Positions 54,812 through 64,000 of a stretch of 64,000 nucleotides of DNA are shown here, in pieces; the first letter of the stretch is position 1, and every line of letters begins with the position of its first letter. This DNA is from an uncultured Planctomycetota bacterium. GTDB lineage: Bacteria; Planctomycetota; Planctomycetia; Isosphaerales; Isosphaeraceae. Where the stretch lies: NCBI GenBank assembly GCA_963823665.1, contig CAWGMQ010000010.1, positions 352,001 through 416,000 on the forward strand, in the 5' to 3' direction. The notes beneath the pieces were generated by a model. It had not been told where the DNA came from, made no database searches, and worked only from the letters and a program-made list of their open reading frames with translations. A program made the translations under genes and the position numbers.

Positions 54812-55444
54812 GTGATTGACCTCGCTGCCGAAACTCTCTTGACCATTGAGAAAGCCGCAGAGCGTCTGCTCGTTTCGCAGTCCACGCTCACCAGGTGGAT
54901 CACCAAAGGTTCCAACGGCGTTCGGTTGGAAGCGGTAAAGGTCGGGAGTCGATGGCGCACGAGCGAGGAAGCCGTTCAACGCTTCAGCGATTCTCTCACC
55001 CCAAGCCATGAATCAACGACCTCCCAGCAGGTTCCCGTTTCCACGTCCAAGGAGATGCAGCGGCGTCTCGATTTGATGAATCAACAACTCGACGAGATGT
55101 ACGGGACACGGCGATGCGAGACCTGCAAAACAGAGATCAAGGCTCCCGGTCGGGTGCTTCCCAAGCATGAGCAACTTTGGTGCTCCAAATGCTTGGTCAA
55201 ACGCAAGTCGGCCACTTTGGGTCAGCGGATTCGCACGTTCCGGTGGGCGGCGTGGCTGACACAGGAAGACCTGTCCAACCGGACGGGGATCAGCATCGAA
55301 AGTATTCGGTCTTACGAGTACAAGCGGAAAGAGCCTTCTGATTCTCACCTTGCGAAACTGATCGAGGTCTTGGGCGAAGAATTGGTGAGCAACTACCACG
55401 GGCATTTGCAAGGTGACCAGAAGCCCGCAGAGAATGAGGATTGA
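54812..55444 (+). CDS. Excisionase-like HTH + Zn ribbon + XRE-HTH regulator
   Basis: TLTRWITKG..RLEAVKVGSRWRTS; CETC..CSKC; LTQEDLSNRTGIS..SYE. Confidence 0.75.
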   Translation: MIDLAAETLLTIEKAAERLLVSQSTLTRWITKGSNGVRLEAVKVGSRWRTSEEAVQRFSDSLTPSHESTTSQQVPVSTSKEMQRRLDLMNQQLDEMYGTRRCETCKTEIKAPGRVLPKHEQLWCSKCLVKRKSATLGQRIRTFRWAAWLTQEDLSNRTGISIESIRSYEYKRKEPSDSHLAKLIEVLGEELVSNYHGHLQGDQKPAENED

Positions 55445-55635
55445 AGTCCATTGTGGGGCTTATGGGTTGCCCGAGGGAGTCGGCGATCCGGCTGCTCCTC
55501 CGGGGTATTGGATCGTTCCCGAGCGACGAGGCGAGCGGCTCGTCCAACTTTTGTAAGTCGGATGGGAGTTGTCCAACTTTTGCACCGCACTGGGATAGGG
55601 CGCTCATCGCCTTCCTGATTCGCACAATGTGCGAG

Positions 55636-56655
55636 TCAAACCGTGAGAGTCTTGCCCGTGGGGCTGGCCTGAGCAGAAGCGGGTGACCGTTTGTCGGGAA
55701 GCGCCCGAAATCGCCGCTGCAACTCCTCCGGTAGTTCCTTGAGGCGCTCGTAGAAGGCGGTCTTCTTTTTTTCGTTCGCCGTCATCCAGTCTTCGACCAC
55801 TGCTTCCTTCGACCCACCAGCCTCTGACATCTCCTCGATCAGATCGAGGATGTGATCCTGCTCGTGGGTCTTCCGTTCTTCCCGGCTGAGAGTCGGTATC
55901 GGAGCGTAATAATCCTGCATGCTTGATACGACTAACTGCTTCCAATGGATGCTCGCTTCGCCTCGCCAATATTGCTCGAAGTCACTGAGTCCGTGCTTGA
56001 GCAGCCGCAGGTCAATCTGTTGTTGGGAGTTCTCAGCTTCAGCGATAATGAACTCGCAGATCTCACGCCTTTCTTCCAGGTCCGTGTAGGAGTTATCGAT
56101 TGTCTCGGCGAGGTGCCTGAGCATCGCTATCAGTTCGCTTGTGGTCGGGCGGAAGTGGTATGTCCGAATCCTGCCCTGGAGCGCCCGTAGCACGGGCATG
56201 TTGGCGAGTCGCACATTGTTCGAGATGATGACACTCCCCGTGAATAGACAAGACTCACGGGTCTTCGACTTCACGTTCGTGATGAGCCGCTCGTTCCGGC
56301 CGGTCTCGGAGTTGTGCCTGCCGTCACCGCATAGATGGAGGAGGATCTGCTGGGAGAGCCGATCCTGGACAAGCGTCGGGTCGTCATCGATGAACAGTAT
56401 GGCGTCGGAAAAATCCCGAGCAAGCTCGTATAGCCCGAGCGGAGAACATTTCCCCGCCAGCTTCCGGAATGCTCGGACCCCTCGCTCCTGGGCGTCCTTC
56501 AAGGTCACCTCGATGTTCCAGGTCTTGCCTACGCCTGTGTCGCCCCAGACGTAAAGCCCGTTGTGACGGCGGTTGATGATCCCGTTTACACGGTCGATCA
56601 CCGTCTGCTGCTTCTGCCGATACGAGGCGAGATGCTGATGGTCGGTCTCTTTCAT
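55636..56655 (-). CDS. P-loop ATPase, paralog of 19013-19949
   Basis: LYVWGDTGVGKT, CSPLGLY, LFIDDD, FTGSVIISNN, ALQGR. Confidence 0.75.
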   Translation of the reverse strand: MKETDHQHLASYRQKQQTVIDRVNGIINRRHNGLYVWGDTGVGKTWNIEVTLKDAQERGVRAFRKLAGKCSPLGLYELARDFSDAILFIDDDPTLVQDRLSQQILLHLCGDGRHNSETGRNERLITNVKSKTRESCLFTGSVIISNNVRLANMPVLRALQGRIRTYHFRPTTSELIAMLRHLAETIDNSYTDLEERREICEFIIAEAENSQQQIDLRLLKHGLSDFEQYWRGEASIHWKQLVVSSMQDYYAPIPTLSREERKTHEQDHILDLIEEMSEAGGSKEAVVEDWMTANEKKKTAFYERLKELPEELQRRFRALPDKRSPASAQASPTGKTLTV

Positions 56656-56762
56656 AGTCCGCTCTCTTTGAGGCGGAAACCCGGAAAGTCGGAAAACGGC
56701 TCTCCGGGTTTCCTCGAAGTCGTGATTGGTCCGTCCACATCCACGATCACGGCGTGAGTAAT

Positions 56763-57013
56763 TCATGCGTCACGCCCGATAAACGACACGCACTCGGCGA
56801 TTGATAAAGACGACAAGGCGCTGCCATCGACCGTGCCCCCGCACGGATAGACATTCCCTCCCGGCCTGTAGAATCTCAAGTCGATGTCCGGTCCCCGAAC
56901 GAAGTACTCAGCATCTAAGTACCTCTGCTTCAACCAACGAAATACAAAGTCCTGAAGCCGACCGTGATCACGTGGTCGTTCCCGCCGATCAAAAGGCAAT
57001 CGTCCTTGTTCAT
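56763..57013 (-). CDS. Small hypothetical protein, possibly frameshifted
   Basis: ORF fragments 56763-56999 and 56930-57013. Confidence 0.3.
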
Positions 57014-57034
57014 AGAGTCTTGACTCATACTGGG

Positions 57035-57085
57035 TCGGAAACCCGGAAAGACGGAAAACCGATCTCCGTCTTTCCGGGTTTCCGA
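57035..57085. repeat. Perfect 21-bp inverted repeat built from CGGAAA units
   Basis: TCGGAAACCCGGAAAGACGGA-9nt-TCCGTCTTTCCGGGTTTCCGA; related copy at 56674-56713. Confidence 0.85.
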
Positions 57086-57092
57086 GTCTCGA

Positions 57093-57605
57093 TCAGCCCC
57101 GCAACTTCCACGGAGCATTGATGTAAGGCTCCAAGATCGGGTGGTCATGGAGCAGCTTCGCCCGAAACCCGGCGTCGAAGTGAGCCATGTCCAGGACGCC
57201 GGTCTCGGTCAGGTCCGTGATTTGATGGACCTGGGTCTCCTCCCCGGTTGCCAGGATGATCCGCATCGACGGAGGGCGATTCCGGCTATCGGCGAGTTTC
57301 GACGCAAGCCAACCGAAGTTGGGTGCGTCTTGGGTATCCACGGCGAGGAAGTCGAAGTCCGCCGCTTGCTCAACACCTCGCTCACGGGCAAGCCTGGATC
57401 GCTTGTGGACGGCGACAACGATAGGGTTCTTGATCCCCTCCTCTATGTACGCCTTCCACCACCGGGAGCGGATCTCCTTCGAGCAACCCTGGAGGTCCGA
57501 AAGATCTGGGTCACTAAGGATGATGGGTTTGTCTTGATCTTCGGCGACAACCACGACATCCCAGTCCTGATGACGGTTGCGGAACAGGCGTCTTGGCTTC
57601 TTCAT
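57093..57605 (-). CDS. Hypothetical protein
   Basis: ORF with GGAG RBS before MKKPRR. Confidence 0.55.
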   Translation of the reverse strand: MKKPRRLFRNRHQDWDVVVVAEDQDKPIILSDPDLSDLQGCSKEIRSRWWKAYIEEGIKNPIVVAVHKRSRLARERGVEQAADFDFLAVDTQDAPNFGWLASKLADSRNRPPSMRIILATGEETQVHQITDLTETGVLDMAHFDAGFRAKLLHDHPILEPYINAPWKLRG

Positions 57606-58144
57606 GCTGAACTCCATCGCTAAGCAGACGTGAAAGCGCACGACGATCGAGCCAGCGCAAAGCTGGTCTTTCGCCTCTTTCCAGGTCGCTCCCTCATGGC
57701 AGGTGGGATGGGCCGTCGCATACCCAATCGACCCCTGACTCGATGTTGCTATGTTACAAGTAGGCGTGGATTGGATCAAGCATAAACAAACTCGGATTGC
57801 GTCGATTCTGTGTGCCGCCTTTGAGCCGAACCCAGATCCATTGGTTTTCGACCCGAAACCAAGAAAACTTTCGACTTCGGTAAGGTTTTGAGCCCAAAAG
57901 GTACATTAGTAACTCGATCATGGTGCGTGGTCGGCGGCGTGTCGTTCTGCGAGGGATTTGGCATGTTCCATCGCCTGCTTTCCCGAGTCGAACACGGCTT
58001 CACACTTGCCTTGCGGTCGGCCCGAAACACCACGATCAATCGTCCTCTGCTATCTTGAAATTCAATCATAATATATTGTAGTATGGACATACAAAAGTTC
58101 TGTCGCAAAAAGAAGACGGACTGCATAGATAGCAAGGAGGCACT

Positions 58145-58528
58145 ATGAGAGATCATTTCTTACTGGGCGAGGTCGCCAAGGTGTTGGGTCGAAGACCCCA
58201 TCAAATCATTCACCTACTGACAAGCGGCAAGATCGCCGAGCCGAAGGCACGGATCGCCAACAAACGACTATTCGTTCCTGAAGATGTCGTCAGGCTCGCT
58301 CACCATTTCAAGGTGGTGCCAAAATGGGATGTCGTCGAACCGGCACCTGCGGATGCTGACGAAGATACATCGGAAAGACTGAGACTCCGACCACCGTTTG
58401 AGGTGGTATCAACGGGCCAGACCGCTCACGAGATCAAGGACGGGGATGGGGTGGTCTTCGGTTGGGCCGGGGATCGAAGCAAGGCGCTGGTCTTGGCTGG
58501 GCTGCTGGAGGCAGCGGCTCGGGGCTGA
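58145..58528 (+). CDS. MerR/excisionase-like HTH protein
   Basis: FLLGEVAKVLG..IAEP..KRLF; strong AAGGAGG RBS. Confidence 0.7.
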   Translation: MRDHFLLGEVAKVLGRRPHQIIHLLTSGKIAEPKARIANKRLFVPEDVVRLAHHFKVVPKWDVVEPAPADADEDTSERLRLRPPFEVVSTGQTAHEIKDGDGVVFGWAGDRSKALVLAGLLEAAARG

Positions 58529-58615
58529 TGCGCAACCAAGAAGACAAATAAGAAGTCGGACGCCGTGGCGGGTTAGGTCACGGCGTCCATAGTCCCTATT
58601 GAAAGGAAAAGTCTA

Positions 58616-60238
58616 ATGTATATACGTAAAATGTCCGGGATTTCCCCGGAAAGGAGAGTCCTGACTTGGATCAGAAAGCGCATTCACCCCTATTGCTGGG
58701 GGAGAAGCAACCGCTTCAAAAAGGGGTTCAGCCAGACGAGTAGTCGTCAAATCCTGGAGTTCTTCGGCTGCCTACGCTATGAACTGCCAAAGCGGTTCCT
58801 TCCCAGCATTAGTAACAAGGACTTCATGACCCACTTCACTGGTCAGGAGATCCTTTACTTTCAATCGAATGGTCGCTGGCGTGTCCCAGAGACCCTTATC
58901 AAGATTGACATCGACTGCCACACAATGGGGTCATACCAGGGGGCGCTGGAATGCGTTGAGTGGTTGAGAAACAATTTGTTCCCAGGGTTGTTCTGGTGTC
59001 GATCGACGAACGGCCGGGGAGCGCACGCATACATTGTGATCAGGAAGGCGGGCTCCGGTGACGAGATGCTCGACAAGGCCATCACGAAGCTGGAGCGGTG
59101 GCTTCAGTACCAGCATTACCTTCACGGTTGGGACTTCGAGATCATCGAGGTAAAGGGTAGACCTCCGATCTTTCGCTGGGCTGACGAGAAATATGAGTTG
59201 AGGGACGTGAGGCTGGGAACGTTGGCTAAAGTTCCGGTGGACGGCCTACTTCGCCCAGAGGAATTGATGGCGACTACCTCTGTGAGCATTCCCTGGCTCA
59301 ATCGACTTGGGCTGGAAGTCCCGAAGGGTTGGAACAAGAGTGATATATACTGTTCTACTTATAGTTTGCCAATAAGCGATAGTGGCTTTGGTGACATCAA
59401 CCTTGAGGATCTCAGGCTGTGGCAACCTGAAACTGGGAGCCGTGTCTGGTGCCCGTGGATTGAAAGGATGGCCAAGACCGGGTTGGTTGAAAATGACTCA
59501 ATGAGCAAGGTTGTTTATGAACTTGCGAAGTGGTTGCTCTGGATTGAACTATTTGATAGTGACGATCGTCAGGAACTTGCGACCGAGTTGCTTCAATCCT
59601 ACGTTATTTACAAACACAATGGTCATGTGAGTCGGTTAACTAATGGGCATGAAGCAGAGGTGTTGTCACAGGTTCAGCGAATTGTTGCTTCTGCTGTGGT
59701 AATCAACCCGGATTCTAACGAATTGTTCGCCCGAATTCGTGAAGGCCGAGACAACGGGAAGTATTGGCGTCCGATCAAGATAGTTCCCTTGCTCTCAGGA
59801 ACCAGGGCGACTAATAGTGGTGACGATACACATATAATATGTACTACTTATAGTTTGCCAATAAGAGAAGACCTTCTACCCCACATCATCGAAGACAAAC
59901 TTCTCCGATATGCGACGTCGAAGCGAATGAGACGATCCCAAGGTGATTACCCATTTGTTCGCTTTTCTCGACGACTACTGAATCACCTATATGATCGGAA
60001 GGGCTCGGCACGGCTCAGCACAGAGAGTCTAACCACGCTGGTTACTAACGTTCATCAACAAAACGATTTCAAAAAAGCGCTTCGGGATCTCAATCTGCTG
60101 CGGGACTGGACCGGAACCTACCGAGCCAAGAGCGCCTCTTGCCTCTATCACCTGACCGATGAGGCACTGACTCTTATTAGGAAGCACCAGTCGGACGTCG
60201 GATCTGAACATTCTGATCCGGTTTCCCTGTGCGGCTAA
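58616..60238 (+). CDS. Putative replication initiator / AEP primase-polymerase-like protein
   Basis: IKIDID (DxD) and STNGRGAHAY (His) motifs; follows an HTH gene as in satellite/IME replication modules. Confidence 0.55.
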   Translation: MYIRKMSGISPERRVLTWIRKRIHPYCWGRSNRFKKGFSQTSSRQILEFFGCLRYELPKRFLPSISNKDFMTHFTGQEILYFQSNGRWRVPETLIKIDIDCHTMGSYQGALECVEWLRNNLFPGLFWCRSTNGRGAHAYIVIRKAGSGDEMLDKAITKLERWLQYQHYLHGWDFEIIEVKGRPPIFRWADEKYELRDVRLGTLAKVPVDGLLRPEELMATTSVSIPWLNRLGLEVPKGWNKSDIYCSTYSLPISDSGFGDINLEDLRLWQPETGSRVWCPWIERMAKTGLVENDSMSKVVYELAKWLLWIELFDSDDRQELATELLQSYVIYKHNGHVSRLTNGHEAEVLSQVQRIVASAVVINPDSNELFARIREGRDNGKYWRPIKIVPLLSGTRATNSGDDTHIICTTYSLPIREDLLPHIIEDKLLRYATSKRMRRSQGDYPFVRFSRRLLNHLYDRKGSARLSTESLTTLVTNVHQQNDFKKALRDLNLLRDWTGTYRAKSASCLYHLTDEALTLIRKHQSDVGSEHSDPVSLCG

Positions 60239-60815
60239 TTCTCAGTGCCCCACCCCCCAAACCCCCGGCCCCGCCGCCAACGTCGTTAATAATCGACTCG
60301 TAGAATGTGCGAATTGACGACTCGATCATGAAGATTGACCATCCAGCACGGGTTGACCGTGGCACCGGAGCGCTCCTCGCGCACGAGGTCTCATCGTGAG
60401 CCCCAAGAAATTGATAAGGATTTCTTTCATCTCGACTCGGCGAAAGCCGTTAGCGAGATCGAACTCACACGGGCGACCCTCGTGAGCATTTACGGCGTGC
60501 CGCTTATTAGCGCTGATGGCGAACGGCAGGTACAAAGGTTGAACGGGCGTCGTTATTAGCCACCCGGCTTGCCGGGGTGCTTCCTGCGAGCCCGGCCGGG
60601 GCTAATAACGACCAAGAATCCTCCATTTCTCGCTGCTGGTAAAGATCTCAGCGTTACGTGGAATAGCGTCGGGTTGCGTATTGATGCGTGGACGGACGAC
60701 GATCGCCCGGCTGGGTGAGCACCGAACCGTCCACGTTCAGTCGGTTAAATGCGGGTAGCTGGACCTGGCGGTCGTCAGCTACACCGGTCGGGCATCGTAG
60801 CCCAGGTGGGAAAGG

Positions 60816-61637
60816 TCAGGCGCTCAATCCAAGAGTCATATTTGCCAGCCGCCTTCGGGCATGTCCGACCGCCTCATCCCAGGGTTCAAAAAGGAGGTAC
60901 TGACGACCAGCCATCAGTGCCGCCACACCTGTGGTGCCGGTTCCCCCACATACATCCAGAACCAAGTTTCCTGGACGTGAGTAGGTTCGGATCAGATCAT
61001 ACGCAAGTTGCCAGGGCATGATCGCCCCGTGGCGACTCTGCACCGCCTCCAAGTCTTCGCACGACTTGCCCCATCCGACTTCGTACTCCTTGATGCCGTC
61101 GTCTTCGTCGTATTCCCATACGTCACCACTGTAACCCATCTCCCTGGTTCTACGAATCATTCGTCGTTCGATCGTCCCATCGGGATTTCTGAAGTTCTGC
61201 CTATTCGTTGAACCAGCAGTGGAATTCCGAACGATCTTGAGCCGGGTCACTACGCCGGGTGTTCCTTTCGACAACACATAGACCTGGGACACCAATCTGT
61301 AAAATCGCCGGGGAGTCGGTTTGTAACTGTGAAGGATGATCGTTAACGTCTGGTGGACCCGGAACCCCAAGTGACGAAAGTATAAGAGTTGGCGGCAACG
61401 ATCTAGGGACTCCGACCCGTCTTCGATCTGATCCTGATGGTGCCAACAAACCACCCCGCCCGGTGCAATCACCCGCCATAATTCGGCGGCGATCGGTTCA
61501 AAGTCGAACCGGTGCTCCCCGTAGGTGCGGGTCTGGCCCCAGGGCGGTGACGTCACAACCAAGGGGATCGATTCTGACTGGACATCCGGAAGTCCTTGCA
61601 AGGCACCACACTGAAAGAGTTCATTCATATTTATCAA
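60816..61637 (-). CDS. Orphan beta-class N4-C/N6-A DNA methyltransferase
   Basis: VTSPPW (motif IV variant) precedes VLDVCGGTGTTG (motif I variant). Confidence 0.82.
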   Translation of the reverse strand: MINMNELFQCGALQGLPDVQSESIPLVVTSPPWGQTRTYGEHRFDFEPIAAELWRVIAPGGVVCWHHQDQIEDGSESLDRCRQLLYFRHLGFRVHQTLTIILHSYKPTPRRFYRLVSQVYVLSKGTPGVVTRLKIVRNSTAGSTNRQNFRNPDGTIERRMIRRTREMGYSGDVWEYDEDDGIKEYEVGWGKSCEDLEAVQSRHGAIMPWQLAYDLIRTYSRPGNLVLDVCGGTGTTGVAALMAGRQYLLFEPWDEAVGHARRRLANMTLGLSA

Positions 61638-61693
61638 ACCTCCTTAAGTAGAGTGAAGTGGGGCTGGGGAACAATCCCCAGCCCCGGAGTCAT

Positions 61694-62386
61694 TCAAGCC
61701 GAAACATCAACGGTGAGCTTCTGGATCAGATCGGTGACCTTCGCCGAAATTTGAGCCAAGACTTCGTTGCAACCGGGCGTCATGCCAACCTTCTCTGCTT
61801 CGATGAGCAGAGAGTACGCCTTACCCAGTACTTCTGACGCCGTCAGAGATGCTCCAACGTCTGACGTTGCGTATTTCTCAAGTCCGGGCCGATTGTAGTC
61901 GGTCGTCGTCATCTTCCGAATCGTCGTCTTTTCTGGGGCGACTTCGGTGGTCTCATCGTTCGCCACTTCTGGGGCGATATCAGTGATGTGATCAGTCCCA
62001 ACGTCCGAAGTGGTCGGAATGGGTGTCGCCCGACGACGCCTTTGGGGAGGGGGCGACTTGATGATCTCAAGTGCCGACTTCATGTCAGTGACGGTCATGT
62101 CATTGAACTGATTCAAATCATCGAAACTGACCCGTTCATACACTTTGATGGAATTCGTCGCCGTACTGAGTGAGTAGGGTTGGGTCTTGACCCAGGTCAT
62201 CCACTCACCCTTCTCCTTTTGTTTTTCCCGGATCAGGGACAGGGACTCCCCAAATAACCAGGTTTCAATGATCGTTTTTCGTCCGAAGTTGTTGATTTCG
62301 GACGCCCGATCCAAGGCGTACTCTTCCAGGGTTTCCAGAGTCCACGACTTGTCCGGACGGCCGTTCGTTGTGATGGTGGTATTCAT
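61694..62386 (-). CDS. DUF3102-like hypothetical protein
   Basis: WLFGESL..KGEWMTWV..STATN; AAGGA RBS; leader motif at 62452. Confidence 0.55.
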   Translation of the reverse strand: MNTTITTNGRPDKSWTLETLEEYALDRASEINNFGRKTIIETWLFGESLSLIREKQKEKGEWMTWVKTQPYSLSTATNSIKVYERVSFDDLNQFNDMTVTDMKSALEIIKSPPPQRRRRATPIPTTSDVGTDHITDIAPEVANDETTEVAPEKTTIRKMTTTDYNRPGLEKYATSDVGASLTASEVLGKAYSLLIEAEKVGMTPGCNEVLAQISAKVTDLIQKLTVDVSA

Positions 62387-62484
62387 CGGAGTAGGTGTCC
62401 TTTCGTAACGTTTTTCGTCAGCCTCTCAGTTGAGCCGATGACCCCTCGGTCGGTGTCGGTTTGACCGGCAAAAAGCCGCTACTA

Positions 62485-63417
62485 ATGACGCACACAATGG
62501 ACAACAGTCCACAAAACAGTCCAATAAAGCGGAAAAGAACGCCAAAGCCGGCGAAAACGGAGCGTCAGCAGAACTTCGTACGGAATCTGCGCTGGGCGAT
62601 TGAGCGACTTGGGCTGACGCTCAGAGCTTTGCATGAGAAGGCAGGCGTGGACGAGTTGTGGTTGAGGCGTGCCGCCACTCGGGGGATCAAGTGGACGAAG
62701 CCCTCGGGCACCGAGGCGGTCAACAAGCTCGAAGCCTTCCTGGGTTGTCCCACTGGTACTTTGTGGGACGAGGATGGTCATCGCTTCAGGTCTGCTGTCG
62801 CTGACAAGCACCTGCGGGGACGTGACCCGGTGAGCAACTTTGAGAAGGTATTTCGACACTTCGAGGCGAGCCCACCGCCTCTGCTGTCGAGGGTGATCGA
62901 AAACATAGAGTATCTCAGACGCACTATAGAGGAGCCGGGCGTTGAGCCCCCGAAAGAGGAGAATCCGCAACTACCGAATCAATCGAGTGGTGGAACGGCT
63001 ACCTGGGATCAATCCAGCGGATGGCGCTTCTCCGAAGCTGGAATTGACTATCTTATCGCATCTGTAAACGAAAGAAGTAATTACGCTGATAAGATAGGAG
63101 TGCCTGGAGCGTCAGACATGCATTTAGGTCGAGAGGAAATCGAGCGATTGCTAGCGGGTCTTGATTTTAATCTCTCTGCGCTTGCCTACGTAATTTGGAT
63201 GGATTCATATGAAGCAAAGTACGGGATTCCAACAGATGAAGTTGATCGACTATTCAGACAGAGACAGTCAGCGTACGAAGCCAGTTTGGCTGAGCAAACC
63301 GACCAACCAGCGAGGGAGGTCGAAGCGCCTCGGACACTCGAAGCCACTCAGCAAGAGAAGCGGCCACTCGCCGATAAGATGAAAACGAGACGTGCTACTG
63401 AAGGTGGGAAGACGTGA
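62485..63417 (+). CDS. HTH-containing putative regulator
   Basis: FVRNLRWAIERLGLTLRALHEKAGVD..WL..KLEAFLG; last gene before attR; start uncertain. Confidence 0.55.
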   Translation: MTHTMDNSPQNSPIKRKRTPKPAKTERQQNFVRNLRWAIERLGLTLRALHEKAGVDELWLRRAATRGIKWTKPSGTEAVNKLEAFLGCPTGTLWDEDGHRFRSAVADKHLRGRDPVSNFEKVFRHFEASPPPLLSRVIENIEYLRRTIEEPGVEPPKEENPQLPNQSSGGTATWDQSSGWRFSEAGIDYLIASVNERSNYADKIGVPGASDMHLGREEIERLLAGLDFNLSALAYVIWMDSYEAKYGIPTDEVDRLFRQRQSAYEASLAEQTDQPAREVEAPRTLEATQQEKRPLADKMKTRRATEGGKT

Positions 63418-63460
63418 TGTGATCATCGGAGGCGTGACGCACCCGACCTCACTTTATAGA

Positions 63461-63483
63461 GTGTCAGATAACGTGTCAGATAA
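63461..63483 (+). repeat. Two GTGTCAGATAA repeats (putative arm-type sites, right)
   Basis: Copies at 63461 and 63473; same 12-bp spacing as 8919/8931. Confidence 0.75.
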
Positions 63484-63541
63484 GAAATCAATCTATCGCC
63501 GTAAGTCCTTTGGTTTCAATAGTTCGGACGACGCAGGTTTG

Positions 63542-63558
63542 TTCCCGCCGCCTCCACT
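63542..63558 (+). repeat. attR core (displaced 3' end of ssrA)
   Basis: TTCCCGCCGCCTCCACT, identical to 8812-8828. Confidence 0.92.
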
Positions 63559-63560
63559 TG

Positions 63561-63598
63561 AGGCCACTTGCGCTTCGTCGCAAGTGGCCTTCTTTCTT
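63561..63598 (+). terminator. Probable original ssrA terminator
   Basis: AGGCCACTTGCG-CTTCGT-CGCAAGTGGCCT followed by TCTTTCTT. Confidence 0.85.
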
Positions 63599-64000
63599 CA
63601 AAAATCGTGTTCGCTTGGGTAGGTCGCCGGCGGTTGCACGCCTTGATTGCTGCGAACCGCTCGATATCGACGCCGGCGTTTCCACGCTTGCCCCGCCGGC
63701 GAAAAGGACGACGCTGGCTGGCCTCGAATCCAATCGAATTCCGGGCCTGCTGCCGCGACCGGGGCTCGCGAGCGAGCCGCTTACTTATAGAAACGCGACT
63801 TGCGCGGACGCCTTGCCCTGAAACCAGCGCGGTGAGCAACGCGGTGCGGCGTGCACAAGCGAGAGCTGGTCCTGCTCTTGCTGGTAATGTTGCTCGTGCT
63901 AGCGTTCGAGCTTCTTATCGCGGTGGCCGCGCTGCCGGGCCGCCTTCTGCAACGAAGCCGTCCAGCGACCGAGTCCTTCGCAAAATCAGCTTCTTCTTGA

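Larger units (their letters stand above)
8812..63558. mobile_element. ~54.7 kb genomic island / integrative element inserted in ssrA
   Basis: 17-bp att repeats at both ends, integrase next to attL, arm repeats at both ends, mobile and defence cargo, apparent original ssrA terminator after attR. Confidence 0.93.

Noticed and set aside
8812..63558. Prophage or self-transmissible ICE
   Set aside because: No capsid, terminase, portal, tail, lysis, VirB4/VirD4 or relaxase motifs recognised
63600..64000. Host gene after attR
   Set aside because: Only short ORFs without recognisable motifs; cannot be supported

Overview
High-GC bacterial chromosome segment. Planctomycetota is my inference from gene content; it is not proven. 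Positions 1-8460 are host DNA: an ABC-F ATPase, a Uma2 nuclease, an esterase, a short UvrC and an IS1182-like element. The tmRNA gene (ssrA, 8462-8826, tag ANSNVALRLAA) is the integration site of a complete ~54.7 kb island (8812-63558), bounded by a 17-bp direct repeat and GTGTCAGATAA arm repeats. The island backbone encodes an atypical tyrosine integrase, a divergent ClpX, an HTH-GTPase, AlpA-like proteins, a resolvase, a leading-region-like cluster (ArdC, ParB, ATPase, small genes), a primase-like replication protein and an orphan methylase. The central ~29 kb (25-54 kb) is mostly a defence block: a DUF499/DUF1156/PLD-SNF2 restriction-like operon with extra phosphoesterase-TPR, HNH and HEPN genes (methylase split by an ISL3), a GHKL ATPase-nuclease split by an IS21, EVE-Mrr, McrBC and further nucleases. 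I saw no conjugation or virion genes. Two unexplained signals stand out. The first is a bipartite motif (YGACAC-N12-YGTGA), usually followed by a variable-sequence hairpin, repeated about 42-54 nt upstream of nearly every gene in the leading-region cluster. The second is one ~115-bp structured element shared by two unrelated IS families. Many single-base frameshifts suggest sequencing indels. All family calls come from motifs recognised by eye, not from database searches.
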